Source: Gnetum montanum (Eukaryota > Plantae > Gnetophyta). Taken from it: 64,000 bases of DNA. The position numbers were made by a program, and so were the translations under genes. Below are positions 37,960-49,419 of the stretch, one piece after another (position 1 is the first letter of the stretch; each line of letters begins with the position of its first letter). A model generated the notes under the pieces. The model was not told where the DNA came from. It searched no databases and worked only from the letters and a program-made list of their open reading frames with translations. The stretch lies in NCBI GenBank assembly GCA_015680685.1, contig MNCI01002682.1, positions 441,682-505,681 of the forward strand, in the 5' to 3' direction.

Positions 37960-38729
37960 CTGAAGAAACAAGAACGAATGCTTTTTTAGAAGCTGGAAGA
38001 ACATTCACGTATTTGTCACAGTAACATATAAAGTTAACAGCTGATAATCAAATAAGCTAGATACAATTCATAAAGATAAAGTTATTGCACATTGCAATGT
38101 GAATGAAATGAAATCTCTCATGCTGTCATAAAAACCGAATAAGCGGCATTCCCCAACGAACTTACAGGATTTCTTTTTGAGCATTATGAACTCAACATTT
38201 AGAGTTGACTAAAAGAAATTATTTTAGGACTCAAATTTTCAGAAAATTCAAATTCAAAAGTTACTGTATAGTCTGCAGACTAATTTTTCATGTTGCAAAA
38301 CTATCATTATAACCAGCCTCTAAAAATTCACTACAAATTTCTCTTTTCCCTTACAAATTTCATACTTCATTCCATAACCTGAATTAATTCTGTCCAACTA
38401 GGCTAGTTTGAGGCAAGAAAAAGAGCAAGAGATGAGAAGGTGTGTGGTTTTCCTTGCTTATTTTTTGCCCATCTTTTGGACTGTTGTAACAAACCACTTC
38501 TCCTTGAGTTTTTACATTGATGACTGTAATAGTTTTTATAGGTGTGCCCTTTGTTGTAAAATTGTGTGTATGTGTTTCACTATTGACATTGGATTGTGAT
38601 CAAAGTGATTGATTGCATCATTAATACATTTTAATGATGGTTTGTTTTTCATTTATAATTACAAATAGTCTATTTCCAAATCATATTTAAAACTTTAAAT
38701 GCTTGTCCACACAATCGAGTCTCCCAAGT

Positions 38730-39315
38730 GACGGATCAAATAATTTGTACCCATAAGGCTTCATCATTACAACTAATCCTTCTGATTCAAGCTGACATGT
38801 CACTTGGCAAAGGCAGGTGCCTAACAAAGCCAACGGCTTTATTTGGCTACTTCAGTAGCATGCCATTCCTACTCAGATATTTCTGTGTTCCTGTGGCCTC
38901 AACCTCGACACCTACTATGCGCTCTGTCACAGCAGAAAACTTGAAATGGTGGAACATCTCTTCTTTGGCTGCCCTTATAGCTAGCTTGTGTGGCAGGAAA
39001 GTGGCTTCCACCCTCATGAACACTCACATTTTCAACTCTATACCCTCGCCTTCCCTGTGTTCTATTGCAAGCTCAAACTAGAATTTTTGGAAGGAGGCCA
39101 TGGCTGCCATGGGAGCCCATCCTACCTTCAAGCCTAATTTTTCCCAATTCCAAACCAATGGGGAGCTTTGGGTTATGGTGGCAACTATTATGGGGAGGCT
39201 TACCCCCACTAATGCACAATAAGCATGAGCTTCAAGGAACTCAGTTCTTCAACTATTGGTGGGGTAACACAATAACCTCCAATGGAGTTCAAATTGCATT
39301 CACTAAAGAAGCTAT
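38730..39315 (+). mobile_element. L1 fragment: zf-RVT plus start of the extension domain, cut by the Copia insertion
   Basis: W..QVPNK..GFIWLL...EMVEHLFFGCPYS..VW followed by QFFNYWWGNTITSNGVQIAFTKEAI. Confidence 0.75.
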
Positions 39316-42300
39316 TGTAGGATACTTGTATGGAATATGATGATTAAATGTTTCACAAAAGAATTAGATAGATCTCATCCATAAATCTATATTAAATAAG
39401 ATGAAATCCTATTCATGTAATTTCTATCTAATTTCATGATTGGTTGATCCCTTATTAAGAAGATCTTTAAATAAGAGATGATAAGAATCATCCCCATGAT
39501 TTTCTAGATTCATGCTTATCTCTCCAAATCTATTCTTGGGAGATCAAAGCCTATATAATTGCAACAGCATCTATTTATTAGTAAGAAAATTAAAAAGAGA
39601 ATCTCACAAGAGTATGTTTGTTCTAACTAAGTTCTTTATTTCCTCTTAGCTTAGATCATAGATCCAAGGTCCTTTCAGTTTTTCATTTCATATCGGAGCT
39701 AGTTAGTTTAGATCCTTGACAACAGATCTCTCCAATATGGCCCAAAATCACAAATCCGTATCTCTCCAAGTTCCTGTCTTCAATGGAGAAAATTGCAAGT
39801 ATTGGGCAAGCAAGATGCAGACATTCTTGATCTCACAAGATCTGTGGGATTTTGTCAAGACTGAATTCAAAGATATTGATCAAACAACATTTCAAGCTTT
39901 GAAGGAAGAACAAAAGAACGAAGTCACGAAGCTTCGTAAGAAAGATGCAAAAGCATTATTCATCATTCAAGTTGGGTTAGATGTGACAATCTTCAACCAA
40001 ATTGTCATGCATCGAACTAGCAAAGTTGCAAGGGATGCATTGGAGATTGCATACAAAGGATCATCAAAAGTTTGTGTTGTCAAGCTACAAATATTAAGAA
40101 ACGCTTTTGAATCTTTGCACATGCTAGATTCAAAGAATATTGATCAATCCATCAGCCAATTTTAACAAATTCGAAATGGATTTGAATCTTGTGGAGAAAC
40201 GCTTGAGAAAAGGCTTGCTATTGAAATGATCCTTCGAAGTGTAACCAAACAATATGATCCCGTTGTCATGGTTATTAAAGAAGCAAGAGATCTCAATAAG
40301 ATGACCATGGTTGAGCTTATAGGAAGCTTAAGAATATACGAGCAAAGGATTGTTGATCATGAGGAGTCAACAACAAATGCATTTCAAGTGCAATTTCAAA
40401 GGATGTCCAATCAAAATCAAAATCAAAGATCCTTAGGCAAATACTCATTTAGAGGAAGTGGACACAGTCACAGTAGATTTGGAAGTCATGGTCATAGAAA
40501 ATCCAATCAAAGGAAGGTGAGCATTGTGATTTTTGTGGCACCAACACCAACAATACTCTAGAATGTTGGTCTAGAAAAAAGTACAAAAAGAAAGGTACAG
40601 CAAAAAAAAGTAGAACATGGAAATCAGCAAAAGGAACAACAAAAAGGTGAACTATTATTTTACATTGAAAAAGAGGAAGATCAACTCTTGATTTCTACAA
40701 TGATACTAGATGCTGGCAACAACAAAAACATTTGGTATGTTGATAGTGGGTGCAAGAATCACATGACAGAGGATAAGAAATTGTTCTCAGGTTTAGAAAA
40801 ATATGATGGAAAGGTAACTATAGGTAATGGGAAGACGTTAACCATTACCAAGATAAATATATTATCTCACAGATATATTATGTTTTGGATCTTTCAAAGA
40901 ATTTATTGTGTTGGCCAATTATGTCGTAATGGGTATCGTGTGGAATTTGAAAAAGATGTTTGTAAGATTTTTAAGGTTGATGATGACAAAGGTATTGTCA
41001 TTATCCCTGTTAGCAAAAATCACATATATAAGTTGTAGATGCAAAAGGATGTTCATTGTCTCACTATCATAGATGACACAACATGGCTATGGCATGCAAG
41101 GCTAGGACATGTCAACTTCGGCTCTTTGGACTGATGCAAAAAGGAGAAATTGTAAGAGGTATGCCAAAATTTTCTTTGCCAAATAATCAAGGTTGTGGCA
41201 TATGTCCACTAGGAAAAATTACAAGACTACCATTTTGTAGGAAAGAACATAGATCTCAAGAAAAATTAGATCTAGTTCATATGGATCTGTGCAATCCCAT
41301 GTAAACATTGAGCTTAGGTAAGAGCCGGTATATGTTCATTATTGTGGATGATTTTTCAAGATTAGCTTGGGGTTATTTTATGAAATTGAAAGATCAAACA
41401 TTAGGGTTTTTTAAGGAGTTCAAGGTGGAAGTAGAAAATCAAAGTGGCCATACAATTAAGAAAATTTGGACAAATCATGGTGGTGAATTTTTATCAAATG
41501 AATTTCATGAATTTTGCAAGAAAATGGGATTATTTATCAAACCACCACATCATTTACACCCCAACAAAATGGCATAGCTGAGAGAGAACAGAATTGTGGT
41601 TGAAATGGCAAATTGTTTACTTCAAATGTCAAGCTTGGATAATAAGTTTTGGGCAAAAGCCTGTGCAACAACAATTTATCTTCTAAATAGGGTGCCATCA
41701 AGATCAATTCAAGATAAAACACCATATGAATTATGGTATGTTCACCGCCCAATATTGCCCATTTAAAAGTCTTTGGCTCCCCTTGCTATGTGCAAATCCC
41801 TACACAAAATCAGCAAAAATTAGATATCAAAGAAAAGCCGTCTTTTCCTTGGCTATGCCACAAATTACAAAGCTTATAAATGTTATGATGTAGAGAATAA
41901 AAAGGTGGTAGACTCACGCAATGTAGTGTTTTTTGAAAAGTAGCAAAATAATATTCAATTTGCAGGAAACGACACATCTTTTGAGAAATATACCAATTAT
42001 CATATTGACTTGGAAGGCCATGGTAAAAATACATGCTGTGAATGGGCCATCAGTTGTGTTATATAGGTGAAACCATTCAACTCACAACGTGGGCACTCAG
42101 CGTCATCTGCCAAACACTCTTTCCAACCAAATGTTGTACTGCGACAGATTTCCCACCATCTTGAATTCCACAATGCTCACGATGCCAGTCAAGGTATTTT
42201 CCTCCCATCCCTTCCATTAAATGTCCGCAATTTTCCCAACATTTACCTGCTTGTTCACTGCACCCATCCTCAACATTTTCATACCACCACCCATCACCCA

Positions 42301-42414
42301 TTTTTGAAAATTCTGCATCAGATTATCCTATGACAGCCTCCTACCAATAATTTTCAATCCCCTACTAAATTCCAACACAGCACAGCCCAAAACAATGGCC
42401 AAATTTTACCACAC

Positions 42415-42531
42415 GATCATTTTACACCCTTAGAGCACTCAACCAGTTATCCTACAATGCCAAAATTGGGAGATCATTTTACACCCTTAGAGCACTCAAC
42501 CAGTTATCCTACAATGCCAAAATTGGGAGAT
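42415..42531 (+). repeat. Perfect 57-bp tandem duplication
   Basis: GATCATTTTACACCCTTAGAGCACTCAACCAGTTATCCTACAATGCCAAAATTGGGA x2. Confidence 0.95.
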
Positions 42532-42809
42532 TAGATCGTGCAGCTACTGACCATCCTTTTCCTCCTCGTTTTATGGGATCATTGCCATTTGCATCTATTT
42601 CCAACACTGCTCCATCTTGGGATATAAATCATGCCAGTTCACAGGCCAATACTCTGCACCTATGTCATACTAGTGGTCATCATCAGCCATCATTCCCTCT
42701 GAGATGATTGCTTCATCAACAATGTCATCTACCTGCACTATACCGCAAATTCCACCCACTTCTCTAGCTATAGCTAAAAATATCATCTAGGCTCCAATAT
42801 GCTGGATAC

Positions 42810-45800
42810 AAACGTTGGTTTGTGGGATGGGGATGGCACCTAGGAGTATTTTGGGATGTCATCAAGGGTCGACAGCTCCTTGTGGTTGCATGTACCTTGC
42901 TTGTCATCAAAGGGCTTGCATACAGTTGAGAGGAGCCTTATTGCAAGCTTTGTTTCCAATGGGGTGCGGCCCAAGTTGGAACTCCATCCGTAAATGGTTT
43001 GTTGCTACTTGGTGCCCGGAGAATGTCAATGTGTAGAGCTTGACGAAGGAGCTCATCCTCGTCGTTTTTTGTAGTGTTGATAGGGTTCTACTAAGGGGTC
43101 TATGGTTCTTCAGTGCTAGAGGGCTGGCCCTTATGCCTTGGAAGCCAGGTGCACACCGGGACCCTAACCTCTTCTCTCACACTCTAGTTTGGATCAAAGT
43201 TTCAAGGATCCCTTGGGAACTCTGGATGCCATCTTTTTTGAAGTCATTGACAGTGTTCTTTGGTGAGCTTATCATGCTGGATAAGTTCACCACACCGATG
43301 GAAAGCATGGGTTTTGCAAGATTCTGTGTCTGGTGGTATCTATCTCCCAAGGATCTTCTTAAGGATGTAGTTTTGGACCTCCCAGTCAGGGAAGAACATA
43401 TACCGGTTGAGTACAAGAACTTGCTTGTTGAGAGCTTGCTAGGAGGCTCAACAATAGGTCATTGTGTGTTCTATGGGAAGTCAGGCCATCTCACTAAAGC
43501 ATGTAGGGTTAAAGCTGGGGCCTCTGCCATCAAGTTGACTAATGAGGATGGATGGATGAGGATGAAGCAACGAGGTCGCAAGGTGCCTAAAGGGCATTCG
43601 GGTATTGGGATGCCAGGGAGGGGGTGGTGGGGGTGCACCAACCAATGTTGCTAGGTCACCAGGTAGGTCAATAGCCCCGAAACCAAATAATGTGGTTGCC
43701 AAGCCAAGTGTGGGGTTAGCCTCGACCAATATGTCAACTCCAACATTAAGCCCTAGGCTACATCTTGAAGAGGGTTTTGCTACGCCTTTGGATTCCCTAG
43801 CTCAAGGAAAAGAATTGGCTCCTCTAGGGGACCGGGAGTCAATGGTACGGGGTTCGACCAAACCTAGTCTAGAGGAGGTGCCCCAACCAAGTGAAGAGCC
43901 TAGGGATGGGTTCCAAGTCACAGCGAATTCTGGGAAGGTCGAACGATCGCACATGCCACTAGTACGCAACAAGCAGACTCAATTGGAAATTGATTTAGGG
44001 ATTCAAACGACCTTGAAGGAGGTCTACCAAAAAAGGTTCATCAATAGACCATGAAGATCATGACCTAGAATTGCAGGGGCCAAGGTACCCCTTATAAGCA
44101 TCATACCCTAAAGGAAATGGTGTATAGCGACTAGTGTGACACTGTTTATCTGCAAGAGACCAAGCTACAACGACAGGAATTTGGGCTTTTACAATGGAAC
44201 AAGTAACAAGTTCATCAAGTGGCTTACTGCAGGAGGGCTGGAGGTCCAGCCATCCTATCTCGACTACTGTTCCAATTCGTGGATTCTTCAAATTGGAGCA
44301 TTACTATCATGCTGACCTCTTTAAGCCTTTGGCTTACAAATTTCTATGGGGCCTAGGAGTGGGAGAAGCGGCTCGCTGAGCTTCAAAGGATTGTCAAGGT
44401 TGTTCCCAATCAGTGACGGTGGATCTTGGTTGGCAATTTCAACTAGCGATCACATACTTGGGAGAAATCAAGGAAGACTGCATTGCTCTTGCAAGTGCTG
44501 ATCAGTTCGTGTTGTTCCTCCAACAAGACAACCTTGTGGATGTTGACATTGGGGACTACCTCTATACCTGGCACAATCGTAGGCAAGGGAAAGATAGGAT
44601 GATGTCACAGATCGATAGGGTTTGGGCTGGCTCAACCTTCCTGCTTGAGCAAGATCTACAAGTCACGGGAAAAGAAAGACACACTTCGAATCACAAATCG
44701 CTAATTTGTCAAACAGGGCAATAGTCTCATCCTACGGTTTCGAGGTTCAAATTTGAGAGAACTTGGCTCACGAAACCATGGCTATGGCCACTTGTGACTG
44801 CAATTTGGGACAAATACTCCTTAGCTGGGGATCCACGCGATTTTCTAAAAAACAACCTCAACCTCCTAAAGAAAGAGATTCGATCACTAAGACAAGAAGA
44901 GTAATACACCTTTCAATCACATCAAGGGATATTACAACAACAACTCATGGCTATTCAAGCACAGCAAGAAGTGGGGGAATCTTTGGTGCAGAAGGAGCAG
45001 GAGGAGCTTCTGATGGGGTTACAAAAGCTGGATAAGGAGGAAACCGATTATTCGAGACAACGCTCACGGAACTGATGGCTGAAGGATGAGGATAGACCCA
45101 CTTGCTTCTTCTTCACTACTACCCAAGCTAATAACCTATCAAAGAGGGCACCTTGTTTGATTTGGGCAAGGACAAAACTGATTCAGATGCAAGACATTGC
45201 ATAGGAATTTTAGACCTACTGGGCTGACATTTGGAGGGAGAAGAAGAGGCTTCCTTTCTCGATCCCAATGCCGCAGGTACTCACTGGGAAGGACAATCAT
45301 AAACTACTTGAGTTGTTTACCTAGCATGAGTTGGAAGATGCTATGAGGGACCTGAAAATAGGCAAGGCCCCTAGGCCTAAGAGGTGGCCCATAGAATTCT
45401 ATAAGGACTTTGTAGACATTCTTAGGAGGAATGTACTTGACGCATTTAACACTACGCTCAAATGGAGATAGGCTCACCGTGAAATCAATTGATCCATGAT
45501 TGTGCTTATCCCAAAAACTATTAATCCCTTAGACCCCTTGCAATTTCAGCCAATCGGAGTGTGCAACACCTTGTTAAGGTTGTTTACCAAGATGATTGTT
45601 CAATAGTTAGCTCCTATTATGCCGAGACTGGTCAGCAACAATCAAGCAGGCTTTGTTAAGAAGCAATTTTTCCAAGATTAGGTGATCCTACCGCAAGAAA
45701 TTTTGAACTCCCTCCACACAACCCACTTCCCAAGCATTGTGTTTCAAACTAGATATCACTAAAGCCTATGACACCATTAACTGGAAAGCCATGAGGGAAA

Positions 45801-48800
45801 TTATAACCTGGAAGGGCTTCTATCATAATTTTGTTGATTTATGTGCTCACTTGCAAGCATCGGCCACCTACTCCATTGATCTAGATGGTAGGCTCTAGGG
45901 ACTTTCATCCCTAGGTAGAGATCTTAGGCAAAGCGACCTACTATCTCCATACTTGTTTATCATTGTCATGGAGACATTACAAGCCTATTGTATAGCCAAG
46001 GGGGTTCGGGGGCTCAACATTGCTAGTGTGGAGTGTATGGTGGAACATTACGCCATATCCTTTTTACCAAGGCCATTGTGCCACAAGCCCAAGAGATGGA
46101 CCATGCACTTACCAAGATGGCCCGGGAGATAGGATTGGAAGTGAACCAGGCCAAATCAGCGTTATACCTAACCCACACAGATGCCCAAGTGAAGAGGAAA
46201 ATCATCCAATTACTGGGTGTCATGCTTAGGACTAAACAAGATGTGTACCTTAGGTTTCCAATCTTCACTTGGAATAGATGACAAGCTTGGCTCAAACTGC
46301 TCCAACAATTACAATAGCGGATCAATCACAAGACGACACACTTCCTGACAAGGAAGCGAAGGATTATCCTAGCAACGGTCATCCCTTCGACAATCGCTTA
46401 GTTCACTGTGCCCATTGCTTTCCTCCCCCAGCACCCCCACCCCCCCTCCTCCCCTTCCCCTCCCCTGTGTGACAAACAAGAAATTGGAAACAAAGTGGAC
46501 CAGCTAATATTTGGCTTCATCTAGTCTGAGGGAAAAGGGGGGAAGCAACTTCATTTGGTGAGCTAGGACACTATAGCTTGGCCCAAGGAAGCAAGCAAAC
46601 TGGTGATTCTCAAATTCATAGATATGGTTAGAATGGGACACCAGTAGCTAGTGCATCGGCTAAATGGGACTAACACAAACCAGACACAATGGATCAGAAT
46701 TATGTAGAACAAATATCAGCACTAGATAACAGCACATCATGATTCATTACTTTGGCGCTCACTTTGTCATCATGTGCAGAGCATGACACAGCTAGGTTTG
46801 ATTGCGGTGCCATCCTGTCTCATTATATGGCATCAATATTCTACAATCACTAGCTAGTTGCCAATTTGGCGTGGTAGATTACTGAACAAGGTAAAGGTGT
46901 TTCTATGGTTAACTAAGCATGCTACCCTCCCTGTGCAGGCGAAGTTGAAGAGACAGGGTTTGAACTTAGACAACAAGTGCCCATTGTGTACTCAGTTGCT
47001 TAAAACGTGAAGCCACTTTGCTTTTGAATGCACCTTCAACAGGGCAACATGGCACGCTATTGGGATCTCCCCACCTATATAGTTCGATGGTGACTCCAAG
47101 GCCACCGCAATTTTGTGGTGTTTGTGGCGATCACACAATCACCTTATATTCAAATAGGTGCCTTTACCACTACCTGTGCAAGTGCCTGTGAAGGCAATGA
47201 GGCTGTGGAGAGAAGCTACAATAAGCATGGGCACAACTCCTACTTTCAAACCTTCTTGCACCAAGTTCCAAGGAATGCCGAAGTTGTGAGGCTTGGTTAC
47301 ATGTGTTAGGTGGCCTAATTTTCTCCCATTGTTGGTGGGAGATCTAGCTTTGTCAGATGACGAGTTTTTTGCCAATTGGCAAAATGACTATAAAGCGTTT
47401 CATGGGGTCTTAATTGAACTCACTAAAGAAGCACTACCGAGAGTTCTAGGTGTGCTAGTCTATAGGGAAGTTGTGCTACCAATGAACAAAGGCTTGCAAG
47501 ATGCAAAGGCCTTCTTTTCCAAGCCTATGCCACGAACTGCAAGTGGACAAGTGCCTAAATCAGCACTACCCTCACTATGGCAACATGTGGTGGAGTTGAT
47601 TGAATGTTTTTTGTTCAAACTAGTAACGTTTGAAAATTACAGGGGGTTCACTTTACACTCCTTAAATGCCTACGTATGGGGTGGATGGTGAAGACGCCTA
47701 GGTTTTTTCTAACATTGGCGACCAAGGAGACACTTGAATCTTATTCTTGCTTTGTGAAGGGCAGCTAGGCCAACACCTACGATGCGGACTCCTATTTGGA
47801 CCTACAGCTCTGTCTATATTAGATGGAGGTGTTCGGAGGTGAGAGTTGCTGCTCAGCTGCCTCTGGGTCAAACAATGGTGGCACTAGGAGAAGCCCAATA
47901 TCTTGAGGGGAAAATGATGGAGACTGATTTAGTGGAGAGTTCAAAAGATAAATCAAAATATGTTCACATTGCAGAAGAGGATTGATGCCGCTATGGAGGA
48001 GGCTGCCTCTCAAGCACGTAGAGGAAAGGAGGTTCTAGGAGGCGAAGTGAGAGGCCAGGGAAGAGGCCTTTCAATGGCAGCTGCAGCTTCAACACCAAGA
48101 AATGGTTGAGGCACTTTGACAACAAAGGGAAGTGGAGAATGTGGCTGCCAAGGCCATGCTGGAAGAAGAACTCTGCTGAGAATTGAAGGCAAAGCTCCAA
48201 CAGGAGGAGCTCAATTAGCAAACGCTGGAATTGGAGGAGGAAATTCAAAGGGAAAAAAATGAACATAGGGAGAATGAACTACCCTAGCAATAGCTTGATC
48301 AGGTGCATGAACAGAACACGATCACTTGGCTACAAGAGGGGAAATGCCCCTATGTCAGGATGCAAATCAATCGTAACTCCTCCTAGCAAGAACTCATAAG
48401 GCATGTCCAGCTTGCGTTGACGAAACTCCATCCAAACGATAGGAACAATGCAACCGCTACAGTGCGTAAGGCTGAGGCCTTTAAGATTTTTCAGCAAGTA
48501 GCCACCTTTGTGGATACAGAGGAGCATTGTGCTCTCCTAAACATTCTCCACTTGCAATATCAGCCTAATTGCAAGTGCATGCACCTGCCTAAGCATTTTT
48601 GAGGGATGGGTTGTGTCGATTTTGTTGTTGTTCTGTTTGTTTTCTTATGTTTGTTTCAGGTCTACCCTATTTGGATGGTTGGGCATGTGTTTCAAGTTTT
48701 TCTTATCGCATGTGGTTTTGTATAGAAGGGACTTGGGGATGTGTTTTTGGTTTTGGTGTGCATGGCCGAGAAAGAATGTTTACCACTAGATGGATGGAGA

Positions 48801-48905
48801 GAAGATTTGGGGGTTGACAACCACCCCAATTTTTGGGTTTTAGACAATTACCTTGGGGGTTTCTCTCCCTTATTTTTTCTTGTAAATATGCCACAGTTAT
48901 TTTAA
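42810..48905 (+). mobile_element. Near-full-length degenerate L1 LINE copy 2: ORF1 (DUF4283-like, CCHC-like knuckle); ORF2 EN-RT-zf-RVT-extension-coiled coil-J domain; 3' UTR
   Basis: GLWFFSARGLALMPWKPG, VWIKV..IPWELW, GFARFCV, C..YGKSGH...C; ORF2 ATG 44051; YTWHNRR, DITKAYD, GLRQSD.LSPYLF; J-like end 48345-48602. Confidence 0.92.
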
Positions 48906-49419
48906 TATACTCCCGAAATTTTCTCAAAATAATTGTAATCCCTCGAATACACCACTCTACCTTGGTACAAAACTTACTAAGGATGACACATCCCCACCCT
49001 TCAATCCTTCATTATACTATTCCCTTGTTGGTAGTCTCATGTATCTTTCCAATATGCATCTAGATATCTAATTTGTTGTAAATTATCTCTCCTAGTTTAT
49101 GCAAGATCCGCATGAATCACATTGGAAAACTACAAAGTGGATTCTGCGATACCTGAAAACTACAACAGGTTATGGGATCACATTTGATCAACATGAAAAT
49201 TTTAAAATATGGAGATACACTGATGCGGACTAGGGAGGCAACCTTGAAGATTGAAAATCAACTTTTGGTTTTTGTTTTTCCTTTGGTCCATCACTTATCT
49301 TTTGGGGATCAAAGAAGCAAAATACAGTCGCCCTCTCAATAGGTCAAGCAGAATACATAGCCACATCAAACGATGCTACTCAAGCCATATGGATCCGAAA
49401 ATCTATTACTAAAATATCA

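Larger units (their letters stand above)
39316..49410 (+). mobile_element. Degenerate Ty1/Copia element: 5' LTR ~39316-39685, PBS-like 39688-39699, gag-PR-INT to ~41950, RT end/RNase H 48905-49410; interrupted by L1 copy 2
   Basis: VPVFNGEN.KYWASKM..FLISQDLWD, WYVDSGCKNHM, LDLVHMDLC, IIVDDFSR, SLVGSLMYL, ILRYLK, YTDAD, SKKQNTVALS..AEYIA; PBS TCATATCGGAGC is 9/12 to tRNA-iMet TGGTATCAGAGC. Confidence 0.9.

Noticed and set aside
47130-47700. RNase H domain after zf-RVT in L1 copy 2
   Set aside because: No N.DG / AE..A / E.D catalytic pattern is seen; a different conserved domain occupies this position.
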